From Oceanicaulis sp. (lineage in GTDB: Bacteria; Pseudomonadota; Alphaproteobacteria; Caulobacterales; Maricaulaceae): a stretch of DNA of 40,741 bases. The notes under the pieces were generated by a model. It saw nothing but the letters and a program-made list of their open reading frames with translations. It was not told the DNA's origin and made no database searches. The position numbers were made by a program, and so were the translations under genes. Where the stretch lies: the NCBI GenBank assembly GCA_046542605.1, contig JBKHAZ010000001.1:1-40741 (forward strand), given 5' to 3'. This document shows positions 27,782-35,253 of this stretch, piece by piece (position 1 is the stretch's first letter; each line of letters opens with the position of its first letter).

Positions 27782-28627
27782 ATGCTGTCCACCGTGATGT
27801 CGAACCGCTATGTCGCCGCCGCCAAGCGCGCCGTGGTCGATGCGGGCGAGGAGAACCTGTCCTTCATCGCCGGGGGTGTCGCGTTCTTCGGTTTTCTGGC
27901 GATCTTTCCAGCGCTTGGCGCAGCGATCATGGTGTGGGGCTTGATCGCCGATCCTGACGTGATCCAGACCCGGCTCGCCCGGTTCGGCGAGATGATGCCG
28001 CCGGCGGCCTGGGAGGTCATCTCCGGCCAGCTCGAGCGCATCGCGTCGGGCGACAGCGCCGGATTGGGGATCGGCGCGATCATCGCACTGACCCTGGCGT
28101 TCTGGAGTTCGGCCAAGGGGGCGCGCGCCCTGATCGCGGCGATGAACATCTCCTACGCCGAAGACGATGAGCGCAATTTCATCAAGTCGAACCTGATCGC
28201 GCTGGCGTTCACGGTGGGCGGTGTCTTCTACGCCGTTGCGACCCTGATCCTGGTGGGCGCCTTGCCGGCGATCCTGTCGGCGATCGCGCTGGGCGCATTT
28301 GCAGAGGCCGCCATCGAAGCCGCGCGCTGGCTGGTGGCGGTCGTCCTGTTCGCGCTGGCGTTAAGCGCGCTCTATCGCTATGCGCCGGACCGGGCGGCGA
28401 AGCCGGGCTGGAAGCTTCTGGCGCCGGGCGCGGTGGCCGCCACGGTCCTCTGGATCGTCGCCAGCATCGGCTTCTCGATCTACACCGCGAATTTCGCTGA
28501 CTACAACGCCACGTTCGGGGCGCTGGGCTCGGTTGCGGTGCTGATGCTGTGGATGTGGATCTCCGCCTTCATCGTGTGTTTCGGCGCGGTGCTGAACGCC
28601 GAGCTGGAGCCCGGCGGGCGCGGCTAG
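27782..28627 (+). CDS. YihY/virulence factor BrkB family inner-membrane protein
   Basis: 'AGGVAFFGFLAIFP', 'LYRYAP', 'PGAVAAT', 'YNATFGALGSVAVLMLWMW', 'GAVLN'. Confidence 0.9.
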   Translation: MLSTVMSNRYVAAAKRAVVDAGEENLSFIAGGVAFFGFLAIFPALGAAIMVWGLIADPDVIQTRLARFGEMMPPAAWEVISGQLERIASGDSAGLGIGAIIALTLAFWSSAKGARALIAAMNISYAEDDERNFIKSNLIALAFTVGGVFYAVATLILVGALPAILSAIALGAFAEAAIEAARWLVAVVLFALALSALYRYAPDRAAKPGWKLLAPGAVAATVLWIVASIGFSIYTANFADYNATFGALGSVAVLMLWMWISAFIVCFGAVLNAELEPGGRG

Positions 28628-28651
28628 GCGGGCTCGGGCGTCCGGGCGGCT

Positions 28652-28677
28652 CCGGCGCCGGGGGCGGCGCCGGTTTC
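28652..28677 (+). terminator. Probable terminator hairpin after yihY
   Basis: CCGGCGCC-loop-GGCGCCGG followed by a short TTT. Confidence 0.4.
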
Positions 28678-28748
28678 ACCGTGTCCGCAGGCGGCGTCAT
28701 GGCGGGCGGGTTCAGCTGAGTTCGCCGGCCTGTGCGCAGGGCTTCGCC

Positions 28749-28777
28749 TTGACGCCGCGCGGGCGGGCGCGGATGCT
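28749..28777 (+). promoter_or_regulatory. Probable sigma70 promoter of apt
   Basis: TTGACG-N17-GATGCT upstream of an AGGAGG RBS. Confidence 0.5.
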
Positions 28778-28801
28778 CCGCCGCTGCATCAGGAGGGGCT
28801 C

Positions 28802-29332
28802 ATGGACCATATCAGACAGGCGATTCGGACGATTCCAGATTATCCCAAACCCGGGATCATGTTCCGCGACGTCACCACGCTGCTCGGCGACGCCGGAGCG
28901 TTCCGCGCGGCGGTGGACGCGCTGGTCTATCCCCATGCGGGCGCCAAGATCGACAAGGTCGCCGGCATCGAGGCGCGCGGCTTCATTCTCGGCGGGGCCG
29001 TGGCGCACCAGCTGTCGGTCGGTTTCGTGCCGATCCGCAAGAAGGGGAAGCTGCCCCACAAGACGCTGTCCCAGGCCTATGAGCTGGAATACGGGGTCGA
29101 CGAGGTGGAGATTCACGCCGACGCCGTCAAACCCGGCGACCGAGTCCTCATCGTCGACGACCTCATCGCCACCGGCGGCACGGCCGAAGCCGCGATCTTG
29201 CTGTTGCGCAGCGCCGGCGCGGAGGTGATCGGCGCGAGCTTCGTCATCGACCTGCCCGATCTCGGCGGCGCACAGCGGCTTGAGGCCATGGGCGTGAAGG
29301 CGGCGAGCCTGACGGCGTTCGAAGGCGATTGA
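28802..29332 (+). CDS. apt: Adenine phosphoribosyltransferase
   Basis: '[15 protein letters not shown]', 'IEARGF', 'RKKGKLP', 'LEYG', PRPP motif '[11 protein letters not shown]'. Confidence 0.97.
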   Translation: MDHIRQAIRTIPDYPKPGIMFRDVTTLLGDAGAFRAAVDALVYPHAGAKIDKVAGIEARGFILGGAVAHQLSVGFVPIRKKGKLPHKTLSQAYELEYGVDEVEIHADAVKPGDRVLIVDDLIATGGTAEAAILLLRSAGAEVIGASFVIDLPDLGGAQRLEAMGVKAASLTAFEGD

Positions 29333-29419
29333 CCGCGCGCCGCGCGCCGCTGACCGGTGAATCGCCGCTTTCGCGGCGGCCTGATTGGCGCCGCGCGCGA
29401 AACCGCCGATATTGCCCCC

Positions 29420-30130
29420 ATGCCTGAACGCGCCTCCCATATCCTGGTCGTCGACGACGACAACCGCATCCGCGAGCTTCTCACGAAGTTTCTGCGCGCG
29501 CGCGGGCTTCGCGTCTCCGCCGCGCCGGACGGGGAGAAGGCGCTCGCCCTGCTGACCCAGATTCGGTTCGATCTGGTGATCCTGGATGTGATGATGCCGG
29601 GCGTGGACGGGTTCCAGGTCACCGAGACCGTGCGCGAAACCTCCGATACGCCGATCCTGCTGCTCACCGCCCGCGGCGAGCCGGAAGACCGCATCAAGGG
29701 GCTGAGCCTCGGCGCGGACGATTATCTTGCAAAGCCCTTCGAGCCTGAAGAGCTGGTGCTGCGCGCCGAGGCGATCCTGCGGCGCGCGCGGCCGCGCCGG
29801 AAGGGCCCGCGGGAGGTGGTGTTCGGCGACTGGCGCTTCGTGCTGGCGACCGGCCAGCTGTCCCGCGCCGGAGAGGCCGTGCGCCTGACCGGGGGCGAGG
29901 CCGCACTGCTCACAGCGCTCGCCGCAGAGCCCGGCGAGCCGGTCTCGCGCCTGACCCTGTCGGAGCGCGCCGCCAACGGCGCCGGCGAGCGGGCCGTCGA
30001 TGTCCAGATCACCCGCCTGCGCCGTAAACTCGAGGCCGACCCCAAGGCGCCGGTCTGGGTCCAGACAGTGCGCGGCGAAGGCTACAAGCTGGTCGCCGAA
30101 CCGGCCGCGCCCCGGCCCGGCGGGGGCTGA
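29420..30130 (+). CDS. OmpR-family response regulator (OmpR/PetR-like)
   Basis: 'ILVVDDD', 'LDVMMPG', 'LLTA', 'GADDYLAKPF', winged helix 'RAVDVQITRLRRKLE...QTVRGEGY'. Confidence 0.92.
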   Translation: MPERASHILVVDDDNRIRELLTKFLRARGLRVSAAPDGEKALALLTQIRFDLVILDVMMPGVDGFQVTETVRETSDTPILLLTARGEPEDRIKGLSLGADDYLAKPFEPEELVLRAEAILRRARPRRKGPREVVFGDWRFVLATGQLSRAGEAVRLTGGEAALLTALAAEPGEPVSRLTLSERAANGAGERAVDVQITRLRRKLEADPKAPVWVQTVRGEGYKLVAEPAAPRPGGG

Positions 30131-30135
30131 GCGCG

Positions 30136-31449
30136 ATGCGGCTCGGCATCAAGCGCTACCTGCCCACCGGCCTGTTCCAGCGCTCGCTCCTGATCATCGT
30201 GCTGCCCGTCGCGCTCATGCAGGTGGCCGTGACCTGGGCCTTTTTCGAGCAGCACTGGCAGACCACGACTGCGCGTCTTTCCGAAAGCGTGGCGGGGGAT
30301 GTGGCCATGGTGGTGTCGCTGTACGAGCGCTCGGGCCCGTCCGGCTTCGACGAGCTCGCCGCGACCGCGTTCCAGACCACCGGGCTCAGCGTCGATCTGC
30401 GCGAGGCCGAAGCCCTGCCCACCAGCCGGCGGACGGCGTTCTTCCGGGTCCTCGACCGCACCTTGCGCCGGGCGCTCGCCACCCGCCTGGACGAGCCGTT
30501 CTGGTTCGACACCACGCGTTACCCGGAATATGTGGACATCCGCGTGGCGGTGCGCGGCGATGTCCTCCGCTTCATCGCGGTGCGCGACCGGGTGTTCGCC
30601 ACCACCGGGCATATCTTCGTGATCTGGCTGTTCGGCGCGAGCCTGCTCCTGACCGCCGTGGCGGTCCTCTTCATCCGCAACCAGGTCAAGCCGATCCGCC
30701 AGCTCGCCGAGGCCGCCGACGCGTTCGGGCGCGGCCAGGATGTGGAGCGCTTCAAACCGGCCGGCGCCCGCGAGGTGCGCCAGGCCGCGCTCGCCTTCAT
30801 GGACATGCGAAGCCGGCTTAAGCGCCATATGGAGCAGCGCACGCAACTGCTCGCCGGCGTGAGCCACGATCTGCGCACGCCGCTCACCCGCCTTCGCCTC
30901 CAGCTCGCCCTGATGCCGGAAAGCGAGGAGCGTGAAGCGGCCCGGCGCGATATCGCCGAGATGGAGGCCGCGCTTGAAGAGTATCTCGCTTTCGCCCGCG
31001 GTCAGTCCGGCGAGGAGCCCGCGCGGGTCGATCTGGTGCTGTTGTGCGAAACCCTCGCCGACGACGCGGCGCGCGAAGGCGTCGATCTCCAGATCGATCT
31101 CGAGGACGGGCTCGCCGTCCATGGCCGCGTCGGCGCGCTCAAGCGCGCCCTCGCCAATCTGGTCCAGAACGCCGCCGCCCACGCCGAAACCGTGACCTTG
31201 ACCGCGCGCCGCGAAGGCGAGCGGGCGCAGATCTGCATCGACGATGACGGGCCGGGCATCCCCGCCGAGGCGCGCGAAGAGGCCTTCCGCCCCTTCAATC
31301 GTCTGGATGAAAGCCGCAACGCGAACCATACCGGGGTGGGGCTCGGCCTTGCGATCGCCCGCGATACGGTGCGCGCCCATGGCGGTGAGCTGCACCTGGA
31401 GGAGTCCCCGCTGGGCGGCTTGCGCGCGCGCGTCAGCCTGCCGGTCTAG
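30136..31449 (+). CDS. EnvZ-like sensor histidine kinase
   Basis: Two TM helices, HAMP domain, H-box 'SHDLRTPLT', N-box 'NLVQNA', 'DDDGPG', 'GLGLAIA'. Confidence 0.93.
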   Translation: MRLGIKRYLPTGLFQRSLLIIVLPVALMQVAVTWAFFEQHWQTTTARLSESVAGDVAMVVSLYERSGPSGFDELAATAFQTTGLSVDLREAEALPTSRRTAFFRVLDRTLRRALATRLDEPFWFDTTRYPEYVDIRVAVRGDVLRFIAVRDRVFATTGHIFVIWLFGASLLLTAVAVLFIRNQVKPIRQLAEAADAFGRGQDVERFKPAGAREVRQAALAFMDMRSRLKRHMEQRTQLLAGVSHDLRTPLTRLRLQLALMPESEEREAARRDIAEMEAALEEYLAFARGQSGEEPARVDLVLLCETLADDAAREGVDLQIDLEDGLAVHGRVGALKRALANLVQNAAAHAETVTLTARREGERAQICIDDDGPGIPAEAREEAFRPFNRLDESRNANHTGVGLGLAIARDTVRAHGGELHLEESPLGGLRARVSLPV

Positions 31450-31542
31450 CCTCAAGCGCAACGCAGCGCGCCGGCGAGGCGTTGAACACGCGCGTGCGGC
31501 GGGCGGGCCTCAATTGCGAATTGCCGCTGTGGCGGCCGCCGG

Positions 31543-31558
31543 GTAGGATTTCGTTAAT
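31543..31558 (+). promoter_or_regulatory. CtrA-like site, copy 1
   Basis: GTAG-gatttcg-TTAAT; 13 of 14 nt identical to the site at 32964-32977. Confidence 0.4.
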
Positions 31559-31582
31559 GTTTCGCCGCTGAGGGGCGCTGCG

Positions 31583-32515
31583 ATGAGTTCTGGACGCGAA
31601 TCCGACACGCTGGTCGGCGACAGCCCGGACGCGCGCGGCCTCTTCGCCAGAGCGCCGGGCGAGGGCGGCCGGGACGACGCCTATCAACGCCGCAGCTCCG
31701 GCCATGTCCGCCTGCTTCCGGACGATCTTGAAGTCGATACCGATTTCGCCGGTCCCGGCGCGGGCAAGGGCTGGAAGACCCGCGCCGTCATCGGCGTGCT
31801 GTTCATGCTCGCCGCGGTGATCCTGGCGCTAGGCGCGGGCAATCCGGGCCCGGCCGCCGGGCTCTTGCCGCTGTCGCTTGAGGCGATACCGGCCCTGCTG
31901 AGCCTGGCCTCGGTCGGCGCGGCGGTGGGCGCGGTGATCTTTTTCATGAGCGCGGTGCGCCGCGGCGCGTCGGCGAACGCCCCGCGCTCCACCCGGCTGT
32001 CGCGCCGCTCGGTGTTCGTGGGCACCGGCGCCTACGGCGTCCAGATCGGAGATGAAGGGCTCGCGCTCGCCTCCACCCAGCGCCGCTTCACGGCGCGCTG
32101 GACCGGGTTCGACGCGGCGACGCTTTATGATCCCGGGCTCAATCCGGCCGGCCTGCCCCATCTCAGCAAGGCGCAAGCCGGCGCGACCGGGCTGGAGGCG
32201 GTGTTCGGTCCGCCCGGCGATAATCCGGCGGTGGAGCGGGTGATCGAGGAGGCCGCCGCCTGGGCGCGGCGAAACGCCTTTATCCGCCTGCCGCTCAAGC
32301 ATGATCGGAGCTTCGCCGTGCGGGCGGGCCGCAAGGGTGAGGAGCGGCTGTTTCCCGAATATGCGGAGCGCGAATATCTGCGCCTGTCGCGGCGCGCCTT
32401 CGAGTCCGGCGACGGCGATCTGTCCTGGCCCGGCTTCGTGGCCGCGGCGGTGTTGATGATCGCGCGCCACGACCCGGACTGGCGCGACGAGCTTCCCGAA
32501 ACGGACCGCGGCTGA
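31583..32515 (+). CDS. Hypothetical membrane protein (two N-proximal TM helices plus soluble domain)
   Basis: ATG after GAGGGG, genome-like codon usage, two hydrophobic segments; no family recognised. Confidence 0.65.
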   Translation: MSSGRESDTLVGDSPDARGLFARAPGEGGRDDAYQRRSSGHVRLLPDDLEVDTDFAGPGAGKGWKTRAVIGVLFMLAAVILALGAGNPGPAAGLLPLSLEAIPALLSLASVGAAVGAVIFFMSAVRRGASANAPRSTRLSRRSVFVGTGAYGVQIGDEGLALASTQRRFTARWTGFDAATLYDPGLNPAGLPHLSKAQAGATGLEAVFGPPGDNPAVERVIEEAAAWARRNAFIRLPLKHDRSFAVRAGRKGEERLFPEYAEREYLRLSRRAFESGDGDLSWPGFVAAAVLMIARHDPDWRDELPETDRG

Positions 32516-32575
32516 CCGGCGCGCGGCTTGCGTTGCGCGTTGACATTGCGAGGATGGCGGCGGGGAGGCTGCGCC

Positions 32576-32938
32576 ATGATGACACATATGACCGGGTTCG
32601 CCGCCGCAGTCCTGCTGAGCCTGGCGGCGATCGTCGCCGGCCCGCCCGCCGCCGCGGCGGCTCAGGCGCTGGGCCCGGAAGGCCGGGTCTACGCCGTGGA
32701 GACGCGCGAGGGCCGCTATACCGCCCAGTTCCGCCGCGGAGGACGGTACGAGGACAGCCGCGGCGCCACCGGCGCCTGGCAGTTCGACGGACGGACCTTG
32801 TGCGTGATCGTGCGCCCGCCGCGCGGCTACGAATACGAAACCTGCATGCCCTGGCGCGATGTCACGGTGGGCCAGCGCTTTGAAAGCCGCGCCTGGACCC
32901 CGGACCGCTCGCCGGCGCGCGTGACCCGGGTCGAGTAG
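32576..32938 (+). CDS. Hypothetical secreted protein, small beta-rich domain with a Cys pair
   Basis: GGGGAGG RBS before ATG 32576; signal peptide ending AAA-Q; 'GAWQFDGRTLC...TC'. Confidence 0.7.
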   Translation: MMTHMTGFAAAVLLSLAAIVAGPPAAAAAQALGPEGRVYAVETREGRYTAQFRRGGRYEDSRGATGAWQFDGRTLCVIVRPPRGYEYETCMPWRDVTVGQRFESRAWTPDRSPARVTRVE

Positions 32939-32962
32939 ACGTTACAGCGCGGCGCGCGGGTG

Positions 32963-32978
32963 TTAGGCTTTCGTTAAC
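32963..32978 (+). promoter_or_regulatory. CtrA-like site, copy 2
   Basis: TTAG-gctttcg-TTAAC is one mismatch from TTAA-N7-TTAAC. Confidence 0.55.
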
Positions 32979-33022
32979 GCGGCGGTCGAGGGGGCCGGCG
33001 CGAATGTTATGAGGGACTTCAG

Positions 33023-33337
33023 ATGGGCCGTATTTTCGGACGCGTCACCAACGCCACCTTCACGATATTCCTATCGTTCATCCTGTCCTACGTGATGCTG
33101 ATCTCGCTGGGCGTGCTCTATCCCGAAGGCCTGAACTGGCTGGTGCAGCGCGCCAAGGAGGTCGAGGCCATCATCGTCCAGCCCGACATCCCGGTGCAGT
33201 ACAAGGTCTGGCTCGATCTTCTGATCGAGGAAGGCGCGATCCTTTTGCTCTTCTTCACCGTGATCGCGCGGATCATCGTGGCGATCGTGCTCTCCATGCT
33301 CACTGCGGCGGTGCCCGCGGGCATGAAGGAACGCTAG
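33023..33337 (+). CDS. Hypothetical membrane protein, 104 aa
   Basis: GAGGGA RBS, strong GC3 bias, two long hydrophobic helices. Confidence 0.75.
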   Translation: MGRIFGRVTNATFTIFLSFILSYVMLISLGVLYPEGLNWLVQRAKEVEAIIVQPDIPVQYKVWLDLLIEEGAILLLFFTVIARIIVAIVLSMLTAAVPAGMKER

Positions 33338-33345
33338 GACGCGTG

Positions 33346-33370
33346 CGCCGCCGCGCGATGCGCGGCGGCG
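33346..33370. terminator. Hairpin between convergent genes
   Basis: CGCCGCCGCGC-gat-GCGCGGCGGCG, no U-tract. Confidence 0.45.
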
Positions 33371-33378
33371 GCGACGGC

Positions 33379-34878
33379 CTATCTGAACGGCGGCTCGTCG
33401 AAGCTTCGAAGCTTTCGTGAGTGCAGGCCCGCCGAGCCTTCGCGCTTGAGCATCTCCACGGCTTCTATGCCGGCGGCGAGGTGCTCCGAGACGCTCTTCT
33501 GGTAAAACCGGTTGGCCGCGCCGGGCAGTTTCAGCTCGCCGTGAAGCGGCTTGTCGGAGACGCAGAGCAGCGTGCCGTAGGGCACACGCAGGCGGAAGCC
33601 GTTCGCAGCGATGGTGGCGCTTTCCATGTCCACCGCGATGGATCGCGACTGGTTGATGCGCCGGGCCTCCTGGAGGTAGCGCAGCTCCCAGTTCCGATCG
33701 GCGTAGGTCACCACCGTTCCGGTGCGCAGGCGGCGTTTCAGCATTTCGCCGGAATCGCCCGACACCGTCTCCACCGCCTTCTGCAGGGCCACCTGGATTT
33801 CTGCGATGGGCGGAATCGGGATTTCCTTGGGCAGGTCGCGGTCGAGCACGCTGTCATACCGCAGATAGGCGTGGGCGAGCACATAGTCGCCGAGCCGCTG
33901 GGAATGGCGCAGCCCGCCGCAATGGCCGACCATGAGCCAGCACTCGGGCCGCAGCACGGCGAGATGGTCGGTGATCGTCTTCGCGTTCGACGGCCCCACC
34001 CCGATATTGACCAGCGTGATCCCTCGCCCGTTCGGCGCGATCAGGTGATAGGCCGGCATCTGGAAGCGCCGCCAGGGCGCGGCGGCGATCTCGCCCGCCG
34101 GGTCCTCGGTCTCTGCGGTCACCCGCACGAAGCCCGCCGCGGAGAGGGCTTCATACTCGTTCTCGCCCTTCAGCTGCTCGGCCGCCCATTCCACGAAGGC
34201 GTCCACATAACGGTGGTAATTGGTGAACAGGATGAAGTCCTGCACATCCTCGCTCGGCGTGCCGGTATAGTGCTTGATGCGCTGGAGCGAGTAGTCCGTG
34301 CGCGCCGCATCGAACAAAGAGAGCGGGCGCGGGGCGCCGGGAAGGCTCGGCCGGTCGCCGTTGGGCAGCGCGTCGTCGATCCCCGCCAGATCCGCGTAGG
34401 GAAAGTGGCGCACCAGCTCGGCCGGGCTCGCCGCATCCATGTCCAGATTGTCCGCCCCGTCGAGCACGTAGGAGAAGGGAATCTCCTGGGTCGACAGGCC
34501 GGTTTCGATCTTGATCGGATATTCTTCGGCCAGCAGCTCGATCTGCTCGATCAGATAGCGCTTGAAGCGCTCGGGATTGGTCACTGTCCGCGCGTAGACG
34601 CCGGCCTCTGAGAATTTGCCGAACGCCCGGCTGAGCGGCGGCACGGGGCCTTCGGGCAGATAGGTGATGCGCAGTTCGGGATAGGAGAACGCCCCGGCGA
34701 AGCGCTCCGCCTCGCTCGGCGGCGGGCCGCCTTCGAGATAGATCTTCAGCTCGTCGCGCAGCGCGGCCACCGAGTGCTCGTAAAGCTCGGTGAGGCGCGC
34801 CACGGCTTCGGCGGCGTCCCTGGCTTTCTTGAAGGTTTTCGCGACCGCCTCGGCCGAAACCAGATTTGTGGCGCTCAA
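33379..34878 (-). CDS. amn: AMP nucleosidase
   Basis: 'DYSLQRIKHYTGT', 'LFTNYHRY', 'QMPAYHL', 'NIGVGPSNAKT', 'GHCGGLR', 'DMESAT', 'VSDKPLHG'. TTG start 1 nt after the upstream stop. Confidence 0.95.
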   Translation of the reverse strand: MSATNLVSAEAVAKTFKKARDAAEAVARLTELYEHSVAALRDELKIYLEGGPPPSEAERFAGAFSYPELRITYLPEGPVPPLSRAFGKFSEAGVYARTVTNPERFKRYLIEQIELLAEEYPIKIETGLSTQEIPFSYVLDGADNLDMDAASPAELVRHFPYADLAGIDDALPNGDRPSLPGAPRPLSLFDAARTDYSLQRIKHYTGTPSEDVQDFILFTNYHRYVDAFVEWAAEQLKGENEYEALSAAGFVRVTAETEDPAGEIAAAPWRRFQMPAYHLIAPNGRGITLVNIGVGPSNAKTITDHLAVLRPECWLMVGHCGGLRHSQRLGDYVLAHAYLRYDSVLDRDLPKEIPIPPIAEIQVALQKAVETVSGDSGEMLKRRLRTGTVVTYADRNWELRYLQEARRINQSRSIAVDMESATIAANGFRLRVPYGTLLCVSDKPLHGELKLPGAANRFYQKSVSEHLAAGIEAVEMLKREGSAGLHSRKLRSFDEPPFR

Positions 34879-34879
34879 C

Positions 34880-35095
34880 CTAGTCCTCGCGTTTCACGAA
34901 AGTGACGGTGAACAGCGGCTCGCCGTTGAAGGCCGGCGAGGTGTCGCCGTTCTCCTCGATGGAGTGAAACACGGTCGGTTCGATACGTCCTTCCATACGG
35001 TAGCCGCGGTCGGACATGCGGCCGCGGTGAAACTCCAGGGCGGCGGCGGAAAACGTCTTGGCCAGAAATGTGATGCGGTGGGGTTCGTCAGCCAT
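34880..35095 (-). CDS. Small hypothetical protein (71 aa) tightly coupled to amn
   Basis: GAAGGAGG RBS, ATG 35095; stop codon is separated from the amn TTG by one base. Confidence 0.75.
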   Translation of the reverse strand: MADEPHRITFLAKTFSAAALEFHRGRMSDRGYRMEGRIEPTVFHSIEENGDTSPAFNGEPLFTVTFVKRED

Positions 35096-35131
35096 GGCGG
35101 CCTCCTTCAATCAATGTCAGCACGTCGCGAT

Positions 35132-35162
35132 GCGTCTTCACTCCTTGCTAGCGTGAAGACGC
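35132..35162. promoter_or_regulatory. Perfect 10-bp inverted repeat in the divergent amn/lysC-lysA promoter region
   Basis: GCGTCTTCAC-N11-GTGAAGACGC with GCTAGC in the spacer. Confidence 0.45.
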
Positions 35163-35253
35163 GCATGATCCAAGGCGTGAAAAACGCGCGCGGCCTTTGC
35201 GCGGGGCGCCGTTGCAGGCTATTTCGCAGGTGCGAACAGCCTTGGAACCCGCC

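Noticed and set aside
34880-35095. Idea that the small ORF and amn are one frameshifted gene or pseudogene
   Set aside because: amn from TTG 34878 is already full length (499 aa) with its N-terminal region intact; no slippery site is evident.
35096-35253. Lysine riboswitch or Pho box in the amn/lysC-lysA gap
   Set aside because: The gap is too short for a lysine riboswitch plus promoter and lacks its core motifs; no 11-bp GTCA periodicity.
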